Source: a virus. Taken from it: a stretch of DNA of 64,000 nucleotides. The stretch is taken from the IMG/VR virus record IMGVR_UViG_3300009509_000009, positions 15,666 to 79,665 of that record; one strand, 5' to 3'. Positions 29,913-39,511 of the stretch are shown here, one piece after another. Below the pieces are notes generated by a model that saw only the letters and a program-made list of their open reading frames with translations, had not been told where the DNA came from and did not search any database. The translations under genes were made by a program, and so were the position numbers. Position 1 is the stretch's first letter. Every line of letters starts with the position of its first letter.

Positions 29913-29945
29913 GACTGCCACCATCAACCAAGAGGAGACTGAAAG

Positions 29946-30404
29946 ATGGCTGAGAGGATTCAGACCTTCAAGCTGGTGACGGCAGTTCAAGGCCTCATCA
30001 CCAGGGATTTCGAGGTGAACGATCCCAACTATGTCGTGCCGGGTCACGCCGACGCGATCGTGATGGGTGAGTTCGTCGAGCTGAACGCAGCGTACAAGAT
30101 CATCCCGAGCTCGGGCGCTGGGCTTCAGTTCGCAGTGTGGGTCGAGGAAGGGCGATCCGACGTTCAGGCGATTCGTCAGATGACGACGCTGTTCGGCGGC
30201 ACCTACGAGGCCGACACCCTCATCTTCGACTCGGGCGCCGCTCCCGCACTGGGCGCGAAGCTCGAGGTCAACAACGCGCTGACCTACAACGGACGGACGG
30301 TCTCTGGCCTCCGGACCCTCGTCGGCGCCGAGCAGGTCGGGTGGGTCACCCGTACCGAAGACGTCAACAACGGCTACCTGAGGTTCCTCCAGACCCTCGT
30401 GTAG
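29946..30404 (+). CDS. Putative capsid decoration/cement protein
   Basis: 152 aa beta-rich protein immediately before the major capsid gene; high GC3. Confidence 0.6.
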   Translation: MAERIQTFKLVTAVQGLITRDFEVNDPNYVVPGHADAIVMGEFVELNAAYKIIPSSGAGLQFAVWVEEGRSDVQAIRQMTTLFGGTYEADTLIFDSGAAPALGAKLEVNNALTYNGRTVSGLRTLVGAEQVGWVTRTEDVNNGYLRFLQTLV

Positions 30405-30428
30405 TGGAGACAAAGGAAGGAGAGATCA

Positions 30429-31553
30429 ATGAGTGTTCCCGCAAGAGTGTTGAACGAGCTCTTCTCCCAGAAACTCTCCACAGGAGAGGGCAAGGAGAAG
30501 ATCGCTGAGTACGGTGGCGCTTACATCCGAGACAGGCTGCGTGAGGTTTCGTACGCTCGCCAGATCCTGCCGCCGGAGAACGTCACCAGAACCGACTGCC
30601 AACGGTCAGTCAACCACGACACCCTCGTGAAGGTCATCGACGTGGAGCCGGAGAGCCGGGCCATGGCGATCACCTTCCGTGGTCAGCCCACCGCGCGGTT
30701 CATCCGTGCGCCCCGTGCCGAGGTTCCCTTCTTCACGATCTCCTCGGAGAAATTCGAGAAGACCGAGCAGGAGCTCCTCGCGTACGAGATGCCCATCACC
30801 AAGGTCATCGAGGACAACACGGTGAAGGACATCCAAGAGGTGGAGGACCGTGAGTTCACGATCCACATCGAGGCTGCCGTCCAGGCCCTTCAGGCCGAGG
30901 CGAACAGCGCCGCCACCTCTCCCGAGCTGTCCTCGAACACCATCGGGACCACCGTCGAGTTCTCGGTCACGAAGGGTGAGATCGCTCGCAACTTCACCGG
31001 GACCCCCGACGCCACGGTCCATCCGCTTCAGAGGCCGGACATCGTTCGTCTCTGCAAGCTCCTCGATGGGAATCGGCTCCGCTCGGAGCGGATCCTCATG
31101 ACCGAGGTGGAGTTCGACGACATCAACCAGTGGACCGTCGAAGACTTCGGCGACAAGATGCAGTCCGAGACCACCGTCGACGGGTACAAGTACTCGACGC
31201 TGTTGGGCAAGGCGTTCGTCCGCACGATCAAGACGGACATCCTCCGCCCCGGCAACGTGTACGTGTTCACTCGTCCCGAGTTCTTCGGGAAGTTCTACAT
31301 CCTCAACCAGGTGAAGTTCTACATCGACAAGATTGCGAACCTGATCACCTGGCAGTCCTGGGAAGACATCGCCATGTCGGTGATCAACATCGCTTCGGTG
31401 CGGAAGCTCGAGCTCTACTCGGCCGACGCCTCGAATGCCGACGCCCAGGGCCTCAGGGATGCGAACTTCATCCCGGTGATCGAGGAGGACCTCGGCGCGA
31501 TCAACAACCGCGTCGATAAGGGATGGGTGTTCCCGCAGGTGCAGAGCTTCTAG
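30429..31553 (+). CDS. Major capsid protein (HK97 fold)
   Basis: 374 aa; highly biased codons; 'IRDRLREVSYARQILPP', 'KDIQEVEDREF'; followed by a terminator; N-terminal EKIA. Confidence 0.75.
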   Translation: MSVPARVLNELFSQKLSTGEGKEKIAEYGGAYIRDRLREVSYARQILPPENVTRTDCQRSVNHDTLVKVIDVEPESRAMAITFRGQPTARFIRAPRAEVPFFTISSEKFEKTEQELLAYEMPITKVIEDNTVKDIQEVEDREFTIHIEAAVQALQAEANSAATSPELSSNTIGTTVEFSVTKGEIARNFTGTPDATVHPLQRPDIVRLCKLLDGNRLRSERILMTEVEFDDINQWTVEDFGDKMQSETTVDGYKYSTLLGKAFVRTIKTDILRPGNVYVFTRPEFFGKFYILNQVKFYIDKIANLITWQSWEDIAMSVINIASVRKLELYSADASNADAQGLRDANFIPVIEEDLGAINNRVDKGWVFPQVQSF

Positions 31554-31589
31554 CCTACATCTGCTACGAGATGCCGATCACGAAGTGAC

Positions 31590-31627
31590 GGGGCGGCGGT
31601 GCTTGGCGGCGCCGTCGCCCCTTTTAG
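31590..31627 (+). terminator. Intrinsic terminator after the capsid gene
   Basis: GGGGCGGCGGTGC...GCGCCGTCGCCCC-TTTTAG. Confidence 0.8.
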
Positions 31628-31640
31628 TTTGGAGGTCGCC

Positions 31641-32132
31641 ATGAGTCTTTTCATCTGCAATACCGTCCGCCGGCAGCATACGCGCCAGAAGCGGATGGCG
31701 ACCGGCTTCCGTCACCGGTTCAAGCAGATCATCTGCAACGGGAAGCTCCGACTCGTCCGCAATCGGCCTGTGCCGCTCAGCGAGGAGCTCCTGGAGAAGC
31801 ACTACGAAGAGTTGCGCGGCCTCCAGGAAGCTGGCGTGCTCGAGATTCGTGTCGACGGGCACAACGGTCCCGTCTACGACTTTGGTTCACCCCCTCCCAA
31901 GGAGACGAAGGATGATGAGCCCAAAGACGCGGAAGAAGCTCCGGATGCTCCAGAGGAGGAGATGGACGCAGAACCCGAGCTCGAAGCCGAAGACGAGTCA
32001 GAAGAGGAAGAAGTAGACATCGATCGGCTCCGCAAGGCTGAGCTCGTTGAGTATGCGGCCGAGCGGCTTGACGAAGATCCCGCAGAGCTCGAGAAGCTCA
32101 CCATGGCGGAGATCAAGGAGATGCTGCGATGA
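31641..32132 (+). CDS. Hypothetical protein with acidic linker and C-terminal HeH/Rho-N-like helix pair
   Basis: GGAGG RBS before ATG 31641; 'LRKAELVEYA...LTMAEIKE'. Confidence 0.7.
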   Translation: MSLFICNTVRRQHTRQKRMATGFRHRFKQIICNGKLRLVRNRPVPLSEELLEKHYEELRGLQEAGVLEIRVDGHNGPVYDFGSPPPKETKDDEPKDAEEAPDAPEEEMDAEPELEAEDESEEEEVDIDRLRKAELVEYAAERLDEDPAELEKLTMAEIKEMLR

Positions 32133-32491
32133 GGGTCTTCAACCTTTCAGATGCGACTCCTCCGTACAAGCCTGAGCGGAGAGCGCGCAATCTGAAGATC
32201 AAAGGCGTCGTGATCAAGCCAGGAGAATCCGGCGACGTTCCCGACACCGTTCCCACTTCGGAATTCTCTGGGCTGATCGTGTCCAACATGGTCAGCGTGG
32301 ATGTGGTTCCGGATTGGTACGCATTCGCCAAGAAGCAGGTCGAGCTCAAGAAGGTTGATGTCGAGGAAGAGCTGGTTGTCGAACTCCCTGACTCTGATGA
32401 AGAGGAAGCTATGGCTGAGGAAGACGACGAGCTCGAGCCCGAGCAACTGGAAGGACCGAAGAGGCCGAAGAAGCGGCGTAAGAGGAGCTGA
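32129..32491 (+). CDS. Hypothetical protein
   Basis: 120 aa, coupled. Confidence 0.7.
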   Translation: MRVFNLSDATPPYKPERRARNLKIKGVVIKPGESGDVPDTVPTSEFSGLIVSNMVSVDVVPDWYAFAKKQVELKKVDVEEELVVELPDSDEEEAMAEEDDELEPEQLEGPKRPKKRRKRS

Positions 32492-33012
32492 TGACACTGC
32501 AGGGCGTAGAGGATATCTCCAGGATCGCTGGTGCCAGCGACGAGTTCAACCAGTTCGTCGCTGACACTAGGCTATTCCTACGAGACTTTCCTGAGCTCAA
32601 TCGCTTGGTGGCGGGAGTGGAGTCGTCCGACAGGATGATCGCATTCTGTGCCATCGAAGCGATCTCGGACTTCAACTCCACTCCCCCTCACCTCGGCATG
32701 TACGGATTCTCCAGTTTCGTGAGCAACGGGTGGATCCACATGTTGAGGCTCGGTACTCTTTGCAACCTGCTCACTTCGGTGGGCCTGTTACAGACCCGCA
32801 ACCACCTTCCGTTCTCAGACGGAGGCCTCAATGTCTCCGTGTCTGACAAGACCCCTTTGCTGCAGAGCTGGATTCAGCTTATCTGCAACAAGTGGGAACG
32901 TCAGGTACAATTGGTAAAGGTGGCCAAGAACATCTCACAGCTCCTGGATGGTAGCGGCGGCATCGCCAGCGAGCTCTTCGATATCCACGGCTACTACGCC
33001 GAGGTTTACTAG
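32491..33012 (+). CDS. Putative head-tail adaptor/neck protein
   Basis: 173 aa after the capsid gene; 'RLFLRD..ELNRL', 'FSDGGLNVS'. Confidence 0.55.
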   Translation: MTLQGVEDISRIAGASDEFNQFVADTRLFLRDFPELNRLVAGVESSDRMIAFCAIEAISDFNSTPPHLGMYGFSSFVSNGWIHMLRLGTLCNLLTSVGLLQTRNHLPFSDGGLNVSVSDKTPLLQSWIQLICNKWERQVQLVKVAKNISQLLDGSGGIASELFDIHGYYAEVY

Positions 33013-33020
33013 GAGGGCAT

Positions 33021-33482
33021 ATGGCCTCTTGGGAAAAGCGTAAGTTCGGATCCTCGCAGGAGCTCGAGGAGTATCTCAATGGCGCCCTCATCAGCAGCCT
33101 CAATCTGCACGATGGCGCGTTCATGGACGGTCAGACGTTCGTGTTTGAGGTAGACGGTGGTGGCGACACCACGGTCAACTTCCCTGCCAAGAGCAGGAAG
33201 TGGACTCTCCAGGAGATCATCGACCAGATCAACGCCTCTGAAGCCGGTCTTGCTCATATCAGGACTGAAGTAAGACCGGGCTCCAACAAACCGATCCGGA
33301 AGCTCAAGCTGCAGAAGGACCTGACTTCGTTCGTGGTCAAGAACACAGGTACTGCCAACGATGAACTTGGATTCCCCACCGGCTCCAACACACCAGCAGT
33401 GTATGTCGCTCCGGCTGATCTCGAGTTCATCAAGCAGGTCCCCGGAGAACAGGACAGCTGGATCGTCTGGAGGTACGCATAA
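33021..33482 (+). CDS. Hypothetical structural protein (sheath-domain-like)
   Basis: 'TLQEIIDQIN...ANDELGF' resembles repeats in the sheath protein. Confidence 0.65.
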   Translation: MASWEKRKFGSSQELEEYLNGALISSLNLHDGAFMDGQTFVFEVDGGGDTTVNFPAKSRKWTLQEIIDQINASEAGLAHIRTEVRPGSNKPIRKLKLQKDLTSFVVKNTGTANDELGFPTGSNTPAVYVAPADLEFIKQVPGEQDSWIVWRYA

Positions 33483-35971
33483 TGTCAGTCTTCGACAAGC
33501 TCGTTGAGGAGCGGTATGAGATTCCGTTCAGCACGCGAGCGGCATACTTCAATGCGATCATGCAGCCCTTCGGAGTTCCTCCAGAACCCGTGTTCACCAA
33601 AGAGGCTCAAGCGGGCATGTTGAAGATCGCTCTGGTCCTCAACAAAGCCAAGGACGAAGCCGAAGCTATCCAGGCCATGCAGAGAGAGGCCCTGAAGGAC
33701 CCCAACGTTCAGCAGGCTATGGACTATCAGCAGGCTTTGGCCGAGCGCGAAGATGCCATGGCTCAGCTCGAGCAGATGAACCAACAGGTCATCGAGGCTG
33801 AGACGAGAGCTCAAGAGGCAGAGCAGCGAGCCATGCAGGCTGAGCAGGGGGCAGAAGAGACCGGCATGCAGGCTCAAGAACTTCAAGCTCAGCTCGAGCA
33901 GGAGCAGCAGGGCAGGCAAGAGGCCACTGCGATGGCCGTGCAGGCTCGTGATCAGAGTCTGCAGGAGCAGATCTCACTTCAGGAGCAGAAACAGACCATC
34001 GCGCAGCAGGCTGAAGCATTCCAGCAGCAAGCCAATATGCTCAGCCAACAGCTTCGTCAAACAGCGGCTATGCCGACAGCACCGGCAGCTCCTCCCCCTG
34101 GTGGGGCTCCTGGTGCGGAGGAGATGCCTCCACCAGCCACTGCGGATGCTGCTCAAGAACAGCAGGAAGCTGCAAATGCGGAGCAGGAAGCCGCCGTCCA
34201 AGGTGAGCAAGCTCAGCAGGCTACTGCTGAAGATCAGGCGAAGCAAGAGCAGATGGCTGCCCAGGGTGGCGGTCCAAGCCCCGAAGAGGAGGCAGCGGCC
34301 CAAGAGGAGCAGGCTGCTGCTCAAGAGCAGGCCATGGCGCAGGAACAGCAGATGGCCGAACAACAGGCCATGGCTGAACAGGCCATGCAGTCGGCAGCAA
34401 TGCCTAAGCAAGGGATGGCTCTCTTCTTCCAGAAAGCGGCGATGTTGAAGAGGGCCCAAGGAGAAGATGTGGTTCCGCCGGCTCCGCCGGTTGCTTCAGC
34501 CCCCGCTCAAGAGAGTCCTCTAGAAGACGAGGACGATGAGGAGGAATACGACGAGGTAGGAGAACTCCTGGATGAGATCGTCGACATCAGAGAAAGACTC
34601 ATCCAGCTTGGTCTCACTCCAGAGGAGATCTCTGAGTACATAGACCTTGTTGATCAAGGGGATGAAGAAGCTGCCGATGAAGGACTCCAAGAGGCTATGC
34701 AGTCTGAGGGTCCTGTGAAAGCAGCGGCAGCCAGGATCAGTCTCACGAGACTATTCCATCTCAACAAGACTGCGTCAGCTGCTATGTCCCCCCAAACTCG
34801 AGGAGCTATCATCGGCGCGGCCATCGGCGCCCTCGGTGGCGTAGCCTCTGGTCTCGTCCCTGGTGCTCTGGCTGGAAAGAGCGACTCTCCTGGAGCTCCT
34901 ACAGGCGGTGCTCTTCGTGGAGGAGCCTCCGGAGCCATGGCTGGCGCCGTGAGCGGAGCCACGGGTGGAGCTCTCCTTGGACATGCTCTCGGGAGCGGGG
35001 AAGTTGGGAAGCAGATGGGCAAGGCCATTGGCGGTGGCGCTCTGGTTCTTGGTGCTCCGATCGCCGGGGCTCTCAGTGGTCTTCGCAGCGCAAGATCACA
35101 GGACTACCGAGTCAAGCAGGCCGCCATGGAGAAGGCCGCCGCCAATTTCGGGCTCGGCCCGAAGTCACTCAACCTGGCCAAGCCCGGCACCAGAGTGCAA
35201 GCCCGCATGACCAACGCTCGCAATGTTGGTAAGCCCACCGGCAAGCCGGGGAACATCGGCCAGCTCACTGAGTCGGCCTTCATGCCGAAGACCGGATCGG
35301 AGAAGTGCTCCGAGATGGGGAAGTGCTCTGGCTGTGGCAAGATGGCCAAGCTCTCTGAGATGGGGAAGTGTGGCATGTGCGGCGCCAAGCACGCAGCGAT
35401 GAGCAAGAGCGCTGCGGGGGTCATGGTTTCCCCAAAAGGATCACGCCGCCTCACTGAACAAGAGGAGGCGGCACTCCTTATGAATGCAGAGCGACTCCCC
35501 AAAGAGATCATCGCTGATGTGAACCGTGGGCTCGCTGGGACCATGCAGGACATGATGCCAAAGACCGCCGGTGAGGTCACCAACAGGCTGCTTCGGTTGG
35601 CCAAGCGCAAGGCTGTTGGTGCGGGAGTTGGTGCAGTAGCTGGCGGCGGTGTTGGTGCTGCCGAGGTTGCGGGCCACGAGATCAAACATAAAGGCAAGGG
35701 CAAGGACGTTCCGTCTGATAAGGAGCTCAAGGTTGAGGGAAAGCTCCACGCAGCGAAGCTCAAGGCTCAGAGTGATCCGTCCTACGCCAATAAGATCAAC
35801 GTCGCTCGGCTTCGGCTGAAGCGAGACATAGAGCAGACCTCGAGGGAGAATCCCAAGGGTCATATTGCTCGACGAGCTGCGGAAGGTGCAATCGTTGGTG
35901 CGATTGCCGAAGGACACGCACGCGGCCTTGGAAGAAAAGGACTTGAGGCTCTGAAAGGGGCTGGGCGTTAG
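33482..35971 (+). CDS. Multi-segment low-complexity protein (Q/A/E coiled coil, acidic, Gly zippers, Zn knuckle) separated by KxA sites
   Basis: 829 aa; KEAQ, KIAL, KAAM, KAAAA, KTAS, KQAA, KSAA, KTAG. Confidence 0.8.
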   Translation: MSVFDKLVEERYEIPFSTRAAYFNAIMQPFGVPPEPVFTKEAQAGMLKIALVLNKAKDEAEAIQAMQREALKDPNVQQAMDYQQALAEREDAMAQLEQMNQQVIEAETRAQEAEQRAMQAEQGAEETGMQAQELQAQLEQEQQGRQEATAMAVQARDQSLQEQISLQEQKQTIAQQAEAFQQQANMLSQQLRQTAAMPTAPAAPPPGGAPGAEEMPPPATADAAQEQQEAANAEQEAAVQGEQAQQATAEDQAKQEQMAAQGGGPSPEEEAAAQEEQAAAQEQAMAQEQQMAEQQAMAEQAMQSAAMPKQGMALFFQKAAMLKRAQGEDVVPPAPPVASAPAQESPLEDEDDEEEYDEVGELLDEIVDIRERLIQLGLTPEEISEYIDLVDQGDEEAADEGLQEAMQSEGPVKAAAARISLTRLFHLNKTASAAMSPQTRGAIIGAAIGALGGVASGLVPGALAGKSDSPGAPTGGALRGGASGAMAGAVSGATGGALLGHALGSGEVGKQMGKAIGGGALVLGAPIAGALSGLRSARSQDYRVKQAAMEKAAANFGLGPKSLNLAKPGTRVQARMTNARNVGKPTGKPGNIGQLTESAFMPKTGSEKCSEMGKCSGCGKMAKLSEMGKCGMCGAKHAAMSKSAAGVMVSPKGSRRLTEQEEAALLMNAERLPKEIIADVNRGLAGTMQDMMPKTAGEVTNRLLRLAKRKAVGAGVGAVAGGGVGAAEVAGHEIKHKGKGKDVPSDKELKVEGKLHAAKLKAQSDPSYANKINVARLRLKRDIEQTSRENPKGHIARRAAEGAIVGAIAEGHARGLGRKGLEALKGAGR

Positions 35972-35993
35972 GCCAGGAAGATAGGAGATCAAG

Positions 35994-37304
35994 ATGCTCA
36001 ACCAGTGGCTGAATGATCTGGCGCAGGAGGAACACGAGAAGACGGCCTCCGCCCAGTTCGAGGAAGTTCTCAAGGACATGGACATCCCTGAGCTCAGGGC
36101 GTTCTTGGACATCGGCAAGGAGAAGACGGCGTTTGATCCCCGCCTGGCGCTTGCCTCTGGAGCTCGAGGAGCTCTTGGCGGAGCCGTTGGTGGCGGCCTT
36201 CTCGGCGCTGCTGGGGGAGCTCTCGGTGCCGAACAGGGTCAGCGTGGAGAGGGCGCCATTGCTGGTCTCCGACGCGGGGCGGCCATTGGAGCCATTGGTG
36301 GTGGCCTCGCATCTGGCATAGCGGGCGGCGTAGCTGGTAAGGGTTCCGCCTACGATCCTGCCGCACAGCGTCAGATGCAGGAAGACTTGATCGACGAGCA
36401 GCTGAGCCGCATAAACGCGGGAAAGGAACCCATGGGCATTGGCGAGACCATGCGGAAGATGAGGAGTAGGATCAGCCCTCGAGACATGAAGATCCAACAA
36501 GCTGACATGGCCGCTCAACTCGCTTCTCGAGCTGGTGCTGCTGGCGCTGGATATCACGCTGGTGCTACCCTACCAGATCAAGAGGTAGCCAAAGAAGCAT
36601 CGGCCATGTTCGCTGCCGCTGATGCCGCCGGACGGTCACTGGCCCACTCTATCGCCAAAGAGGCCAAGGTGGATCCAGAGGTGCAGGCAGCTGCGATCAG
36701 AGGCGGAGCTATCGGGGGTGGGCTCGAGGGCGCTGCCCGAGGAATCCTGCACGGCGGGGGTATTCCAGGGGCTGCCATTGGCGGTGGTTTTGGCGCTGGA
36801 TTCGGAGCGCTTGGTGGCCGTATACATGAGTCTGACTTTGCTGAGCGTCACCCGATTGCTGGTCGGTGGGTGGCTCCCGTTCTGGTAGGCGGCCTTGGTG
36901 GAACCGCTGGGGCTTACCTCGGAGCAGAGGGAGCCAGGGCCAAGCAACGAGGAGACCTTGAGGCCGTCGAGCAGGAGGCTGCGGCTGCAGCTCCTGGCGG
37001 AGGTATGGCCGGCACCCTCGGAGCAGGCGCTGGATCTCTTGCCAGGAAGGCCAGAGAGGCTAAGAGAGAAGCAGAGGCAGCCTACGGCTCGGCCAAGACC
37101 GCCTCGTTCCGTGGTGCCATCCAGAAGCTGGCTGCAGAGGGCAGGCTCCGCACCTTCACTGAGAAGACGGCAGCCATGACTCCGAATGACGTCGCCAAGG
37201 TACAGGCTGTCAGCGACGCCATGAAGAAGACAAAGGGCATGTCCCTTCAGCAGCGCAAGCAGGTCATGAAGGGCGTCGGCAAGGCCATTCCTGGCGGCAA
37301 GTAG
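35994..37304 (+). CDS. Gly-zipper protein with multiple KxA sites
   Basis: 436 aa; EKTAS, EKTAF, KEASA, KTAS, KLAA, EKTAA. Confidence 0.8.
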   Translation: MLNQWLNDLAQEEHEKTASAQFEEVLKDMDIPELRAFLDIGKEKTAFDPRLALASGARGALGGAVGGGLLGAAGGALGAEQGQRGEGAIAGLRRGAAIGAIGGGLASGIAGGVAGKGSAYDPAAQRQMQEDLIDEQLSRINAGKEPMGIGETMRKMRSRISPRDMKIQQADMAAQLASRAGAAGAGYHAGATLPDQEVAKEASAMFAAADAAGRSLAHSIAKEAKVDPEVQAAAIRGGAIGGGLEGAARGILHGGGIPGAAIGGGFGAGFGALGGRIHESDFAERHPIAGRWVAPVLVGGLGGTAGAYLGAEGARAKQRGDLEAVEQEAAAAAPGGGMAGTLGAGAGSLARKAREAKREAEAAYGSAKTASFRGAIQKLAAEGRLRTFTEKTAAMTPNDVAKVQAVSDAMKKTKGMSLQQRKQVMKGVGKAIPGGK

Positions 37305-37310
37305 GGATTG

Positions 37311-38192
37311 ATGATCGAAGTCACCAACCTGAAAGTGTACTCCTTGAGTAAGGATCATCTGGACCTTACTTGGGAGATCGCTGATACCAACCTCGATCCC
37401 CACGATTTCACGTTCACGGTCGAGAGGAGTGAGGCTCAGTATGGCCCGTTTGATCAGATCAGTGAGCCGTTCAGCGACAAGTACAATTTTAGGGACGTGA
37501 TCGTCAATCTCATGAGTCGGTGGAGGACATACTTCTACCGCATTCGTGTCACTCGCAAGCTCGACAGCAAAGAAGCGGTGTCGAGCTCGGCTAGCCTTGG
37601 AGCTAAGCCGGACTTGATCGCCTGGGAGGTTCGTCGACAAGAAACCATTCTGTTCCGTGAGCACATCGGGAGGAGATGTTGGACCTTCCCGGCGAAGACT
37701 TTTGGCCAGCGCTGTAGATGCTTCGATAAGGTTACTGGACAGCGGTTGGTGTCTCAGTGTGAGACCTGTTACGACACCAGCTATGTCGGCGGCTACCTTG
37801 ATCCTGTTGAGATGTACATCCAATTCGATCCAAGTCCAAAGCATATCGAGCCTGAGCAGCTTCAGGAAACTGAGCAGCAGAACACTACGGCTCGTACGCT
37901 GTACTTTCCAGTGCTGAAACCAAGGGATATAATCGTTGAGAGTGAGAACCGGAGGTGGAGAATTGAGCGCGTTTCTACCACCCGTAGGATGCAAGCAGTC
38001 CTCCACCAAGAGCTAGTTCTCCATGAGATTCCAGGGACTGACATTGAGTTCAAGATCCCGATCAACATCGACGATCTAAAGAACTTCGAGGCCAGTCCAG
38101 AACGCGAGTTCACCAATCCGCAGGACCTCGAGGTCCACGACGACGCGAACTGGTTGACCCGCACTTTGAGGTCGCACGGGTACGAGGGCTGA
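37311..38192 (+). CDS. Putative neck/head-closure protein (FN3-like N-terminus, Zn-binding)
   Basis: 'LTWE...FTVERSE..GPF', 'RCRC...CETCYDTSYVGGY', 'RDIIVE..NRRWRI'. Confidence 0.6.
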   Translation: MIEVTNLKVYSLSKDHLDLTWEIADTNLDPHDFTFTVERSEAQYGPFDQISEPFSDKYNFRDVIVNLMSRWRTYFYRIRVTRKLDSKEAVSSSASLGAKPDLIAWEVRRQETILFREHIGRRCWTFPAKTFGQRCRCFDKVTGQRLVSQCETCYDTSYVGGYLDPVEMYIQFDPSPKHIEPEQLQETEQQNTTARTLYFPVLKPRDIIVESENRRWRIERVSTTRRMQAVLHQELVLHEIPGTDIEFKIPINIDDLKNFEASPEREFTNPQDLEVHDDANWLTRTLRSHGYEG

Positions 38193-38665
38193 TGTACTAC
38201 CTGTTCTCATCGTTCAGCGACGAGCTGATCAAGATAGCCCAACAGGAGCCTGGGTTTCCTGATCCTCGTATGGTGGAGATCGCTCAGCGCCAGCAGAGTA
38301 CCCCAAAGCAGAAGTACCTCAACAAAGAGGTTCTGAAACAGTTCGGAAAGAACACTCTGGCTATTGGAGCTGGTACTGCCGCTGGTGAGGGCCTGGCCAC
38401 ACTCACGAATATGGGTTTGGAGGCCGGGGCGAAGCGTCTCGGTCATAAGCTCCACCCCGCAGTACCTCACGTGGTTCGAGGAGTAACCATCCCAGTCATG
38501 GGTGCTGGTTCCCTGATGGCCTACAGGGCAATGAGGCAGAGAGCTGATGAGAAGCTGGAGGAGGCACGTCAGCGCTCCGCAGCTGAGAAGGGTGAGAAGC
38601 CCACAGACGTGAGCCTCGAAGACTGGGAGAAGATCAATCCTGGTTATGGTGGAGGTGCTTTGTGA
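38192..38665 (+). CDS. Small protein with FSDELIKIA leader and Gly-rich hydrophobic helices
   Basis: 157 aa. Confidence 0.75.
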   Translation: MYYLFSSFSDELIKIAQQEPGFPDPRMVEIAQRQQSTPKQKYLNKEVLKQFGKNTLAIGAGTAAGEGLATLTNMGLEAGAKRLGHKLHPAVPHVVRGVTIPVMGAGSLMAYRAMRQRADEKLEEARQRSAAEKGEKPTDVSLEDWEKINPGYGGGAL

Positions 38666-39501
38666 CGACTGGTTCCGTCCAGACCTCGAGGTTCAGCTTC
38701 GAGAATATGATCAGTTGGGACGAGAATCCACTGTTTGTGGCGACACGCACCTGCATTGTGTTCCTGCAGTCCCTGTTCTCCTACGCTCCGAAAGGACAAT
38801 TTCACTGGAGCGAGGATGACGAGCTCTCCGACATCATCATCACCGACGATGCTCCCATCAAGCAGGAGGTCGTCGAGAAAAGACCTACGATTGTTACTGT
38901 CAGATCGGCAACGGCTTTCGCAGGCATCGGACTGGATCAGCTTGCGTACCTCGATCTCAAGACGGGGGCTGAGGCACACACTGATCTGATCTCAGGAAAT
39001 CTAACCTTCAACTGCATGTCTCGGGTAAAGGTTCAGGCCGAGTACCTTGGGTGGCAGGTAGCCAGGCACATCTGGTTGTTCAAGCACTACCTAATGAAGC
39101 AAGGCTTTCATAAGATCGGTGAACAGATTCAGATGCTGTCCCCATCTCCACCAAAGGCTCTCATTCAAGGAGATACGGAATCCGAGATTGTCAACGTAGC
39201 CATCATTGTTCCATTCCACTTTCAGTGGCAGGACATCATCGCTGAAGAGGATCTCACAGTGATGCAGGCTGTGGAGACGAACATGCAGGTGTTCATGAAG
39301 GACGTTATCAGGCCCGATACTACCACCCGTCTTCCCTTACGGGGCACGGCCCCGTATGCTGTAAGAGACGTGTACAAGAGCGGTAAGATACAACCGCCCT
39401 CAATCAGGGGGCGTCGCATGGTCCCGGTTCAGTATCCGGGCTCCCAGCCATCTGATCCGCCACTGTCGTTCACCGTGAAGACCGGTGAGGTTGGGGAATA
39501 G
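38662..39501 (+). CDS. Putative tail completion/terminator protein
   Basis: 279 aa directly before the sheath gene; 'RPTIVTVRS'. Confidence 0.5.
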   Translation: MTTGSVQTSRFSFENMISWDENPLFVATRTCIVFLQSLFSYAPKGQFHWSEDDELSDIIITDDAPIKQEVVEKRPTIVTVRSATAFAGIGLDQLAYLDLKTGAEAHTDLISGNLTFNCMSRVKVQAEYLGWQVARHIWLFKHYLMKQGFHKIGEQIQMLSPSPPKALIQGDTESEIVNVAIIVPFHFQWQDIIAEEDLTVMQAVETNMQVFMKDVIRPDTTTRLPLRGTAPYAVRDVYKSGKIQPPSIRGRRMVPVQYPGSQPSDPPLSFTVKTGEVGE

Positions 39502-39511
39502 GAGAGGACCA

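Noticed and set aside
27840-37175. Recurrent DNA word (G/C)AGAAGACGGC as a DNA repeat
   Set aside because: It is explained by the codons for the E/Q-K-T-A protein motif and is in the coding frame in the copies checked.
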